From NCBI GenBank assembly GCA_048882045.1, contig JBHLRZ010000011.1:1-64000 (forward strand): a stretch of DNA of 64,000 nt, in the 5' to 3' direction. The notes under the pieces are model-generated. The model searched no databases, had not been told where the DNA came from, and saw only the letters and a list, made by a program, of their open reading frames with translations. This DNA comes from Candidatus Thorarchaeota archaeon (GTDB lineage Archaea > Asgardarchaeota > Thorarchaeia > Thorarchaeales > Thorarchaeaceae). Shown here in pieces: positions 21,001 to 29,776 of this stretch; within the stretch, counting starts at the first letter, position 1, and every line of letters begins with the position of its first letter. Position numbers and translations under genes: made by a program.

Positions 21001-21732
21001 AGCTCGCTCTGTTTCCTCTTCGGTAGACCTGAATGCAGGGAGTTCAAGGACCTGGCGTACATGATCTGCCACCAGGACTGTCATTGCAGCTTCAGTCCCA
21101 CCAGCAGCACGTATCGGACCAGCAAGGTATAGAGCTAGGTACTGATCTTCGCCTGACCCTTCGATACGAACCTTCGAGATTCCTTCAAGAGGCGCTGCTG
21201 TGATACTCTCTGTGAGAATTGAGAGGCCTACTCGTACAGCCTTGTCTGCAGCCTTCTCCGCAGCTTCTCTTGCAGTTTTTTCACCAAACTCTTTGGCTAT
21301 GACCATCGCCGCGAACCCATTGTTGTATTCAGGACCAAGCTCCTCACGTTTCTTGTCTATCATAGACATTATTTCACCGGGGTTGTATCTGGGATTACGA
21401 TTTACAATAAGGTCAACTGTTTCCTTTACATCGCTTAGTGTCCCTTCAGCAATTTCCTTGGCAATAGCGAAAGCAACTTGCTCTCGAGACAAGTTTTTCT
21501 CCTGAAACTCACGAATTCTCCTTGCAACACCAACTGGACCATCGAGTGTTGCCTCAACTCGTGCAGCAACATCGTGTGCGGGGGGTATCTCGACTCTTGT
21601 TGTTGGATCATATCCTTGTAATCTGGCTGATTCTGCAATAGCGTATAGAGTATGTATTTCCTCATTTAGAGAACTGAAATACTGTTTGTAGAATATGCTA
21701 TGTTTTGGAAGACTCAGTTCGGATTCGGTCAC
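18025..21732 (-). CDS. polC: DNA polymerase D large subunit DP2
   Basis: AAPLEGI, GPIRAAGGT, GFRLRYGRSR, GARMGRPEKA, catalytic HAAKRRNCDGDED. Confidence 0.98.
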   Translation of the reverse strand: MTESELSLPKHSIFYKQYFSSLNEEIHTLYAIAESARLQGYDPTTRVEIPPAHDVAARVEATLDGPVGVARRIREFQEKNLSREQVAFAIAKEIAEGTLSDVKETVDLIVNRNPRYNPGEIMSMIDKKREELGPEYNNGFAAMVIAKEFGEKTAREAAEKAADKAVRVGLSILTESITAAPLEGISKVRIEGSGEDQYLALYLAGPIRAAGGTEAAMTVLVADHVRQVLELPAFRSTEEETERALEEIELYARLANLQYPVNPDAIRFVASRLPILLTGDPTEDFEVSGTRDLERIESNRVRGGSVLVLNDGVVGKAAKLAKIVSGVNISGWEWLNELATKLSKTSTDEEDFASKTLEPKADYLADVIGGRPVFSHPSRVGGFRLRYGRSRNTGLAGVGVHPATMFIVEEFLAPGTHIRTERPGKGSIVAPVDSIEGPIVLLKDGSVMRIQDSEKARQLEGKIERILYLGDLLVALGEFLENNHPLVPSGYCEEWWSHDLDDAISKLSVSTLTKRLGSKLTLDDVNEMVDSPLSRIPHPSQAVHLSKKLKIPLHPHYLYRWSALALEDALTLRKWILTKYKIGKDSSLVLPFDLKNKKFLETAGVPHELSNDKKSIRLTDDPIVILAQLGEKEAKTKGNSTLELLNSVSSVKLMDKVGFSIGARMGRPEKAEERKMRPPVQVLFPVGRSKGTERQIEKVAKSMEYQPTIEETMENDSEDQDSEDISFESWAQEIPVELEMVFRICPNCSNSTYESKCDKCGTHTVVSCSYENCGQPIDKKTGTCQYGHDNSKTRQYSVPLAHLIDRIKVEVDELEAHGVRGVLGLTSDYKIPEYLGKGILRAKHDVYCYRDGTARFDATDAPLTHFTPKEIGVPVSRLRELGYITDYEGQPLISQDQILELKVQDIVIPENCAMYLVRVGRFVDDCLEKIYGLERFYKFSAQEDVVGQLVIGLAPHTSAGIIGRIVGFTNASVCYAHPYWHAAKRRNCDGDEDALILVLDALLNFSKDYLPAGRGGLMDAPLVLSVILNPTEVDDESHNIEVCKRYPAKFYEMVAEARHPKEVEDLVDIIASRLNTAAQYEGFGFTHDTRSFDLGPKNTRYKILGSMDEKLSAQLELATLIEAVDAQNVAERVLSTHFFRDIRGNLRAFSTQKIQCQKCRRVYRRIPLSGECVCGNKLSLTVRQKNISKYLEVTRQIIEDHNLDQYQRERLKLITSALNSLFVSEQTSITDFIEP

Positions 21733-21894
21733 AACAAGTCACCTTATTCATGAACAGTGCTTTATTTTGTGTTTCGCTACGTGACACTAAAGACGTCCTC
21801 TTAGCTCGGGGCAATTGAGGTATTACTTTAAAGCAGCTGACGTAGACGAATCCATAACCTAAACCAATATGATATGGTCAGGGAGAGAAACCAC

Positions 21895-23679
21895 ATGCTC
21901 ACTCTTGAGGAAACTATTGAACGAATTCTGAAGAACAGGACCGATTTGGAACGTAAAGACATATCAAAAATGATCCAGGACAAACGAGAGGAACTAGGTC
22001 CTGAGGTTATCAATGACGAGTCTGCAGCCATGATTGTGGCTCGAGAACTCGGTGTCGATCTCCACCAGATGTCCGCATCACGAATGAAGATTGAAGATTT
22101 GACAGAAACAACAAGAAATGTCGCAATAAAAGCAAGAGTCGACCACATTGGCGGAGTACGAACGTTCGCCAAGAAAGACGGAGGTGGAGAAGGCAAAGTA
22201 GCCAGTATTCGAGTTTCTGATGATTCGGGAAGTATCAGGGTCGTCCTGTGGGATGACCTGACAAGAATAATTGAGGAGGACCTCATTTCAGTTGACGAGA
22301 TGATTGAGGTGCGTGGAGGGTTCATGAGAAAAGGTCTCGGTGATTCTCTTGAGATAAGCATGGGTAGAATGGGGAATATTAGACCACTTGATGAGCATGA
22401 AATAGAAGAACTCGGCAAAGATTTTGGTACCTCACACTCAGAGGAGATGAAAATATCTGACCTCACTGAGGGATTGTTCGGAATCAGCCTGAAGGCAAAG
22501 ATACAGAGGGTTTTCAGACTCTCGACCTTCACAAGACAGAGAGATGGATCAGAAGGGAAAGTTCTGAGTATGATTGTCGCTGACGAGTCCGGTACTGTAA
22601 GACTCGTTTTTTGGGATGACAGTGCAACTCAAATGGAAGATGCTGAAGACGGCGAGGTCATTCGACTAAGAAACGTGAACGTTAGAACGACCCGTGACGG
22701 TTCTGCTATTGAAGTGCATATTGGCAGATCAGCAACAATCGAACGAAACCTCGAAGAAGAGATAGATGCTGTGGAATCAAGTCTTGCTGAAAGAACAGCC
22801 GAACCTTTGGGGATGAAGGATATCGCAGATTTGACTACGGGAATGTGGGATGTCGATATCGAAGGTAAGGTTGTCACAGCATACGATGTGACGACTTTCA
22901 CAACCAAGGATGACAGAGAAGGACGAGTTAGAAACCTCATTCTGGCAGACGAGTCTGGTAAGACTCGTGTTACTTTTTGGAACGAAGATGTCGACAAGAT
23001 TGAGGACATCAAGGAGGAGGACATCATCAGGATTCTTCATGGTTACGTCAAAGAAGGTTACAGGGGTGGCGTCGAATTCCAAGTAGGCAAGAAGGCTGAA
23101 ATCCAAATCAATCCCAAGGGCTCCAAACTGAAGAAACTGGATGTTTCACAGGTTTCCCTACAGCCTTTGACAAAAGCTGCTAGAGTCCCAATTGGTGACA
23201 TTGATGACAGTCATCAGGATAAGAATGTGGAGATTTGTGGCATAGTTGTGAACTTGAGCCAGAGTACGAGTCCTATCTATCAGGCTTGTCCAAGTTGCAA
23301 TAAGAAACTGGATGAGGAGAATGGAGGATATGTCTGCAAGTCGTGTGGGAAGGTCAAAAATCCAGAACCAAGAATGCTGTACAAAATCACTATTGATGAT
23401 GGATCCGGATCAATACGAGTGACTTTGTTTGGGAAGGTCGGTGAAGAACTGCTTGATATGACTGCTGTAGAAGCTGATGAGATTATCAAGAAATCTGGAA
23501 AGGAGGAACAACCCTTGATTGATAATGCAGACAAAGTTGTCGGAAAATACATCTCAGTATATGGACGAGTCAAGAAGTTCAGAGATTCATTGGATTTATC
23601 GGCCAATGGTTTCGAATTTGCGGACCCTGTGAAGGAAGTAGAGAGGCTGAAAGAAGAGATACAAAAAGAGGTCGCCTAG
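21895..23679 (+). CDS. rpa1: Replication protein A large subunit (DUF2240/AROD-like N-domain, four OB folds, Zn finger)
   Basis: Repeated D(D/E)SG.(I/V/T)R..(L/F)W OB motifs, YQACPSCNKK...CKSC; ATG at 21874 or 21895. Confidence 0.93.
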   Translation: MLTLEETIERILKNRTDLERKDISKMIQDKREELGPEVINDESAAMIVARELGVDLHQMSASRMKIEDLTETTRNVAIKARVDHIGGVRTFAKKDGGGEGKVASIRVSDDSGSIRVVLWDDLTRIIEEDLISVDEMIEVRGGFMRKGLGDSLEISMGRMGNIRPLDEHEIEELGKDFGTSHSEEMKISDLTEGLFGISLKAKIQRVFRLSTFTRQRDGSEGKVLSMIVADESGTVRLVFWDDSATQMEDAEDGEVIRLRNVNVRTTRDGSAIEVHIGRSATIERNLEEEIDAVESSLAERTAEPLGMKDIADLTTGMWDVDIEGKVVTAYDVTTFTTKDDREGRVRNLILADESGKTRVTFWNEDVDKIEDIKEEDIIRILHGYVKEGYRGGVEFQVGKKAEIQINPKGSKLKKLDVSQVSLQPLTKAARVPIGDIDDSHQDKNVEICGIVVNLSQSTSPIYQACPSCNKKLDEENGGYVCKSCGKVKNPEPRMLYKITIDDGSGSIRVTLFGKVGEELLDMTAVEADEIIKKSGKEEQPLIDNADKVVGKYISVYGRVKKFRDSLDLSANGFEFADPVKEVERLKEEIQKEVA

Positions 23680-23747
23680 AAACGAAAAAGTATCATATAA
23701 CCATCTTATTCATGTTTAATAATCAATAATTGTATGGTTATTATGAA

Positions 23748-24020
23748 ATGAGTCCTACTCGTATGGTTGTAGCAGAGAAGAACTATCTCAGAGGTGTTCT
23801 TAGAGCATTCCTTGAAGGGAAGAAGACACTCAACTATGTGGTAGGATGTTTCAAAAACGTACCAATTTCAATCTTTGATGAAGTGGCAAAAGATCTGTCT
23901 GAATATTCTCAAAATCTGCGATGGGGACAGCTTTACAAGATAAGACAAAAACTCATTCAGAATTTGGATAAGCGAGACGACAAGACACGTTGGAGTCCAT
24001 GGGTACTTGGCAAGTATTAG
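23748..24020 (+). CDS. Hypothetical protein
   Basis: Fills the gap between rpa and sufS; ATG at 23748 after AT-rich upstream region. Confidence 0.55.
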   Translation: MSPTRMVVAEKNYLRGVLRAFLEGKKTLNYVVGCFKNVPISIFDEVAKDLSEYSQNLRWGQLYKIRQKLIQNLDKRDDKTRWSPWVLGKY

Positions 24021-25258
24021 GAACTCGCTTCAATGAGTGCATTCATAGCTTCCAGAAAGGTGTCGACATCTGACCTATTGTTATAGATATAGAAACTTGC
24101 ACGGGCAGTTCCCTTCTTTGGATCAATACCCATTTGATAGTGGAAGGGACCCACGCAATGCCAGCCTGACCGTACCATGACATTGAACTCATCATTAAGG
24201 AAAGTTGCTACATCATGTGCAGATGAAACTGTGTCAACAGTAAAAGTGACCAATCCGGTCTTAATCGAGATGTCCTCTGTTCCGAGAATGTGGACGGATT
24301 CCATTTTGAGAAGTTGCTTCAGTGCCATTTCAAGTAGAGACCTTTCATATTTCTCTATTTCACGCATACCTATTGACTGAAGATATTCAGCTGCTGCACC
24401 TGCTCCGATAGCACCAGCGTAGTTTTGAAGACCAGCTTCAAATTTCTCAGGAGGAGGCAGGTATTCGGGAATAATTTCATCGTTCTCAAACCGAACATCA
24501 CTGACCGTATCACCACCATAAAAACACATGTTCATCGACTCGAGATGTTCCAACTTTCCATAGAGAACCCCCATGCCAGTGGGCCCACACATTTTATGCA
24601 CAGAAATAGCTGAGAAATCAACATCAAGAGCTTGCACATCTAACGGATGATGAGGCGCGTACTGAGCATCATCACTCATTACAAGAGCTCCCCGATCATG
24701 TGCCAGTTCGACGATTTCTTTCAGTGGTGCAACAGTACCAGTGACGTTCGAAGAGTGGACAATCGAGATAAGACTGGTCCTGTTGTCAATTGCGTTCTTC
24801 CAATCTTCGATGTCAAAGGTCCCATCATATTGAGCTTTGACTATCTCTATGTCCAGTCCATCTCTCTTGGCCCGTTCGACAAATGGAAGCGACCCACTGT
24901 GGTGTTCAAGTGACGTTGTGATGATTTTGGAATCTTTGGGAAGTCTAACTGAACCTGCAACTATGTTTAGTGACTCAGTCGCATTTCTTGTCCATATGCA
25001 CTCTTCCTGATGGGCGGCGTTGATGAACCTTGCAAACTTGCCTCTTGACGACGAATAGGCGTTCGATGCCTCCTCGCCAAACTTGTGGATACTTCTTCCC
25101 CCACAAGCAGGATATTGTTCGTAGTATTCATTCATAGCGTCAATGACCTGTCGAGGTTTGAGTGCCATACATGCACTGTCCAAGTAGACGACTGGACGAC
25201 CGTTGATTGTTCTTTCAAGTGCTTGGAAGTCATTTCGGATCTTTTTCCAGTCGACCAT
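24017..25258 (-). CDS. SufS-like cysteine desulfurase (class V aminotransferase)
   Basis: VYLDSA, SVHKMCGPTG, KFEAG, RSGWHC, RASFYIYN. Confidence 0.9.
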   Translation of the reverse strand: MVDWKKIRNDFQALERTINGRPVVYLDSACMALKPRQVIDAMNEYYEQYPACGGRSIHKFGEEASNAYSSSRGKFARFINAAHQEECIWTRNATESLNIVAGSVRLPKDSKIITTSLEHHSGSLPFVERAKRDGLDIEIVKAQYDGTFDIEDWKNAIDNRTSLISIVHSSNVTGTVAPLKEIVELAHDRGALVMSDDAQYAPHHPLDVQALDVDFSAISVHKMCGPTGMGVLYGKLEHLESMNMCFYGGDTVSDVRFENDEIIPEYLPPPEKFEAGLQNYAGAIGAGAAAEYLQSIGMREIEKYERSLLEMALKQLLKMESVHILGTEDISIKTGLVTFTVDTVSSAHDVATFLNDEFNVMVRSGWHCVGPFHYQMGIDPKKGTARASFYIYNNRSDVDTFLEAMNALIEASS

Positions 25259-25263
25259 GGGAA

Positions 25264-25497
25264 TCAGTTTCCTGCCAATTGCCACCGATATCCACCCTTG
25301 CCGAATTTCTTAGTGATCAACCCCTTCTCAACAAGCTTGTTTGCAGCTGCAACAACGGCATCACCACCTGCACAATCAGTGCACAAATCGGCATATTCCT
25401 CAGTCTGAGCAATCTCAAGAATCTCGGTTGTTGTTAGAGCGTCAGAGCTTTCGAGAATCTTGAGCACACACTGAGCATTTCTAGAGAATTCGGACAT
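25264..25497 (-). CDS. Small winged-helix protein
   Basis: Helical region followed by LVEKGLITKKFGKGGYRW wing; contains CxxC. Confidence 0.65.
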   Translation of the reverse strand: MSEFSRNAQCVLKILESSDALTTTEILEIAQTEEYADLCTDCAGGDAVVAAANKLVEKGLITKKFGKGGYRWQLAGN

Positions 25498-25657
25498 CGT
25501 TAGCCGAAGCGGAACAACTAGCAATAAGAAGCCTTCGTAATGACTAGCAATGTCATTCAACAAAATGCTTAAATCAACATCCGAGCCGAAGAGCCCGCTC
25601 TATTTCTTTCGGGGCCTGTGCTCTGTTTGTGTGAAATAGGCGTAGGGGTGATACCCA

Positions 25658-25909
25658 ATGGGAAGAAGAAGAAGACAAAAAGTGACCCGACGACCACAGA
25701 AGAGGATTCCAGATGTTTATCCATGCCCAGACTGTGGTAACACAGCCATCAAGATTGAACTCTATCGTGATAATGGCATGGCAACGGTAAAGTGTGGATC
25801 GTGCGGGCTTGAGATGACCATTGATGAGGTAAACCCATTAACTGAACAGGTCGACATCTATGGTTCTTTCATAGACAGATTCTATGAAGAGAGAAAAGCC
25901 GCAGCTTGA
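25658..25909 (+). CDS. elf1: Transcription elongation factor Elf1
   Basis: MGRRRR, YPCPDCG...VKCGSCG, VDIYGSFID. Confidence 0.92.
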   Translation: MGRRRRQKVTRRPQKRIPDVYPCPDCGNTAIKIELYRDNGMATVKCGSCGLEMTIDEVNPLTEQVDIYGSFIDRFYEERKAAA

Positions 25910-26097
25910 TGGAGTACAACACTCAACATTCAGGAATGATTATAAGCGGACACACTCCGAGGACGCAGGATTCCAATGCAAGCTACAACTTTCACCACCA
26001 TCTTGTTTATCATACTAGCCGCGATGGGCATTTTCGCTCTGCTTATCTCAATGGGCTACATGATTTACGGAGAGGAAGAGGAAGAGTAGAGAACGGG

Positions 26098-26322
26098 ATG
26101 TCGTTCCCGATGACTGGTTCGATTATACGCACTGCTTTTGAGAGGGTTGCACCGCACATCTCTAATCTTGATGATATCAAAACACTTGTTGAGGAACTCG
26201 AAAAGATTGATTCTCTGGATTCATTGATAAGTGAACTTGAAGCACGAATGGAAGATGCTGAAGTGACCTTTAGAACTGATATACGTATCTTGATTAACGA
26301 ATGTCGACGCGTCAGGAAATAG
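26098..26322 (+). CDS. Small helical hypothetical protein
   Basis: C-terminal 74 aa of the ORF are protein-like and lie directly upstream of lhr. Confidence 0.55.
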   Translation: MSFPMTGSIIRTAFERVAPHISNLDDIKTLVEELEKIDSLDSLISELEARMEDAEVTFRTDIRILINECRRVRK

Positions 26323-26334
26323 GATGTCGACCTG

Positions 26335-29175
26335 ATGGTTGAGTTTGCACCTCTGAGCAAGGAGATAGCTGATTTTCTCCAGAAGAACGGAATAACCCAT
26401 TTCACTCCCATTCAGGAACGCGCGATACCCCTTCTACATGATGAAACCGAGAATGCTTTGCTCCTGGCTCCTACAGGAAGTGGTAAGACAGAGGCTGCAT
26501 TGCTACCGCTACTTCATCGTCTTCAGATGATGAAGGCAACTAAGGAACTCTTTGGTTTCTATGTTATCTATATTACACCATTGAGAGCTCTGAATAGGGA
26601 TGTGTTCAAGAGAATAGAAGAACTGTGCGAACATCTTGGACTAACCGTTGCTGTTCGCCATGGTGATACTACTCAGTATGCAAGAAGGAAACAAGCGATC
26701 AGTCCTCCAAACTTGTTGATTACTACACCTGAGTCATTGCAGGCAATCCTCCCAGGAAAGCGTCTTAGATATCATCTCAAGACTGTCTTTGCAATCATCG
26801 TTGATGAGATTCATGACCTTGCAGACAGCAAGAGGGGAACTCAGCTCAGTCTTGGTTTGGAAAGACTTGAACGTGTCATTGGGAACAGAGTACAACGAGT
26901 CGGACTCTCGGCTACAGTTGGGAATCCAAAGGAAGTAGCTGCCCTACTAGGAGGAGCAGGGGAGGTCAAAACAATCTGGGCAGGGTATGACAAGCGTCAG
27001 ATGGAACTAAGTGTTGTAATGCCGGAACCAACAGACAGTCACAAACAGCTTGCACGGAAACTATCCTATCCCCCACACTCAGTAGCACGACTCGAAGCCA
27101 TCGTAGATTTGATCAAGGCTCACCAGTCCGTCATTGTGTTCACTAATACAAGATCCTTCTCAGAAGTCCTTGGAGCAAAGATGCGTGCAGTCAAGCCACC
27201 CTATGATTTTGATGTACATCACGGATCTCTCTCTAAAACAGCAAGGCTATCTGCTGAGGACAGGCTGAAGACGGGCGTTTCAAAAGCAATTATTGCAACC
27301 TCGAGTCTCGAGCTTGGGATAGATATTGGACAGGCAGACCTAGTGATTCAGTATTCCTCGCCGAGAGAAGTTTCACGAATGCTGCAAAGAAGTGGTCGTT
27401 CGGGTCATGGGATTGGCAAGTCCTCAAAGGGCGTGGTTATAGCCACAATGAACCTTGACGATATCACTGAGTCTGGGGTGATTCTAAAAAGAGCCAAACA
27501 AAACAAAGTAGAGAACGCTAAGATACCACGAAAATCATGGGACGTTCTTGGTCATCAGATTGCAGGTATTCTGATGGATGCTGACGAGATTGAGAAGACT
27601 GAATTATTGAATATCATCTCCTCAGCATATCCATTCACTCAAGTTTCAATGGAGGAACTAACCAAGCTGGTTGAGTTTCTGCAAGAAAGAAAGGTATTGG
27701 AGGCTGAGGGAACAGTTGTGAGAAGAGGCGCAAAAACACGCATTTTCTACTATGATCGACTTAGTACGATACCAGATGTTCAACAAGTGAATGCTGTGGA
27801 CATGACCACACGTACAGCTATTGGTGTACTAGATGAGGACTTTGTGTCAGCCAATGTTGAACGAGGTTCAGTATTTGTCTTTAGAGGAAGACCTTGGAAT
27901 GTGGTGAATATTGATGATGACACTGGGGAAGTATTTTGTGCTCCAGCTTCAGGGACGGACAGTGATGCGCCGCGATGGGTCGGAGAGATGATTCCGGTCC
28001 CCTATGAAGTCGCCACTGAAGTGGCAAAGCTATGGAATACTATCTTAGAGAAGGACTCAAAGGCACTCAGCAGATGGTTGGTTCGAGAATATGGAATTGA
28101 AAAACAAGCCCACAAGTATCTCCGTGACACTCTCCAGACAAGCATAGATATACTAGAGAAACTTCCAACTGAAGACCTGTTTGTGTTAGAAGACTTTGAC
28201 TCAGGTCTGGTTCTACATGCACCGCTTGGTACAAAGGTCAATGAAACATTGGGGATAGTCATCGCATCTCTCCTGACTACCCGGTTCGGGGTCGAAGTAG
28301 CTGTAGAGAGAGACCCATACCGTATTCTATTCACAGCAGGTAAACGGATAGATCCACAGTGGATTATTGATGTCTTGAAAGAGTATTCAGGTCAACAAGT
28401 GTCAGTCATTCTTAGACTAGCCATGAAGAACACTCAGAACTTCAGCTCACGATTCATTCAGGTAGCACGACGTATGGATGTGGTTCGAAAGGATGCAAAG
28501 ACAAAGGAGGTTCCTGTCAAGTATCTCATCAAGTCATTTGAAGACTCTCCCGTGTACCAAGAGGCCATGAGAGAGGTCTTGGACGACAAGATGGATGAGA
28601 AGAGGGTCATGGACCTCTTTGATAGATACTCGAAGGGTGAAATTGAGATTCATTCCGTCATAACCAAGGGTCCTTCACCTCTGGCCAGATTAATAGTGGA
28701 AGAGAAGACCAGATTTGAGGTCATGGGAGAGATCACAGAAGAAGATGAGGTGCTTCGGATGATGGAAGAGCGTCTTCTCTCCAAGAAGTTCAGATTGGTC
28801 TGCATGGCTGAGGGACACTGGAACTCTGTAAGAACTCTCTCCACATTGGATGATACTGTTGCCTGTCCAATTTGTGACTCAAAGATGATTGCTGTTACTT
28901 CTCCTACGAAGAAAGACATCCCAAAGATAGTAACCAAAAGACAGAGAGGCGAAACACTCACAAAGACAGAGGAAAAAGAACACAAGGCAGCTTCCCTCAC
29001 TGCAGAACTAGTGTCGAGATATGGAAAGACAGCACTCATAGTATTAGCGGGAAGAGGTATTGGAGCTACAACTGCTGCTCGGATACTAAAGCCGAGATTG
29101 AAGGACCGACTCGAGATCCTCAAAGAGATTGCCAAGGGAGAACTACAGTATGAGAGAACTCGACAGTACTGGTAG
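26335..29175 (+). CDS. lhr: Lhr-family SF2 helicase
   Basis: APTGSGKT, ITPLRALNRD, VRHGDT, DEIH, GLSAT, HHGSLS, QRSGRSGH, C-terminal Zn motif. Confidence 0.93.
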   Translation: MVEFAPLSKEIADFLQKNGITHFTPIQERAIPLLHDETENALLLAPTGSGKTEAALLPLLHRLQMMKATKELFGFYVIYITPLRALNRDVFKRIEELCEHLGLTVAVRHGDTTQYARRKQAISPPNLLITTPESLQAILPGKRLRYHLKTVFAIIVDEIHDLADSKRGTQLSLGLERLERVIGNRVQRVGLSATVGNPKEVAALLGGAGEVKTIWAGYDKRQMELSVVMPEPTDSHKQLARKLSYPPHSVARLEAIVDLIKAHQSVIVFTNTRSFSEVLGAKMRAVKPPYDFDVHHGSLSKTARLSAEDRLKTGVSKAIIATSSLELGIDIGQADLVIQYSSPREVSRMLQRSGRSGHGIGKSSKGVVIATMNLDDITESGVILKRAKQNKVENAKIPRKSWDVLGHQIAGILMDADEIEKTELLNIISSAYPFTQVSMEELTKLVEFLQERKVLEAEGTVVRRGAKTRIFYYDRLSTIPDVQQVNAVDMTTRTAIGVLDEDFVSANVERGSVFVFRGRPWNVVNIDDDTGEVFCAPASGTDSDAPRWVGEMIPVPYEVATEVAKLWNTILEKDSKALSRWLVREYGIEKQAHKYLRDTLQTSIDILEKLPTEDLFVLEDFDSGLVLHAPLGTKVNETLGIVIASLLTTRFGVEVAVERDPYRILFTAGKRIDPQWIIDVLKEYSGQQVSVILRLAMKNTQNFSSRFIQVARRMDVVRKDAKTKEVPVKYLIKSFEDSPVYQEAMREVLDDKMDEKRVMDLFDRYSKGEIEIHSVITKGPSPLARLIVEEKTRFEVMGEITEEDEVLRMMEERLLSKKFRLVCMAEGHWNSVRTLSTLDDTVACPICDSKMIAVTSPTKKDIPKIVTKRQRGETLTKTEEKEHKAASLTAELVSRYGKTALIVLAGRGIGATTAARILKPRLKDRLEILKEIAKGELQYERTRQYW

Positions 29176-29179
29176 ACCG

Positions 29180-29776
29180 ATGATTGTGTTTGCTGGACGG
29201 AGTAATGTGGGAAAAAGCAGCACAATTCGAATTCTCACAGGTAAGAAGGTGCGTATCGGAAAAAAACCCGGAAGTACTCGATGGGAGATGATGATTGATT
29301 TCGGATCTGTCACTATTGTAGATATACCCGGTTTTGGATTCATGTCGGGTCAAAGCAAGACTATGATAGAAGAAACAAAAGTCAATATCGTTCAGAAGCT
29401 TGAAGAGTGGAGTGAGAATTTAGCATTGTCAGTCCTAATCATCGATATTTCCCTATTCAGAGAATTGTTTGAGAGGTGGTCATCAAGGGGAGAGATCCCG
29501 ATTGACGTGGAGTTCTACAGTTTTCTGTCTGAGATTTCTCCGCAAGTAATAGTACTTGCAAACAAGAGTGACAAAGTGAAAAAGAAGATCCTAAATTCTG
29601 AAATACAGTTCTTGAAAGAACAGCTGATGGCGGCTGTGCCGAACAGTGAGCCTAAGGTGATTGTTGCTTCAGCTCAGAAGAAACATGGGATGAGAGAGCT
29701 CACTGATTCTATTGACAAGCTCCTAAAGGAGCAAGGTATTGAAACCCCACATTGGGCTTTCACCGCAACTTCTTGA
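29180..29776 (+). CDS. engB: EngB/YihA-family GTPase
   Basis: GRSNVGKSS, KPGSTR, DIPGFG, NKSD, SA. Confidence 0.88.
   Translation: MIVFAGRSNVGKSSTIRILTGKKVRIGKKPGSTRWEMMIDFGSVTIVDIPGFGFMSGQSKTMIEETKVNIVQKLEEWSENLALSVLIIDISLFRELFERWSSRGEIPIDVEFYSFLSEISPQVIVLANKSDKVKKKILNSEIQFLKEQLMAAVPNSEPKVIVASAQKKHGMRELTDSIDKLLKEQGIETPHWAFTATS

Noticed and set aside
18025-21732. Intein in DP2
   Set aside because: Neither insertion has intein terminal residues or an endonuclease motif.
21828-23606. Long antisense ORFs over rpa, and similar ones over lhr, ribosomal genes and tuf
   Set aside because: They are shadow frames of well-supported genes with no recognisable domains.
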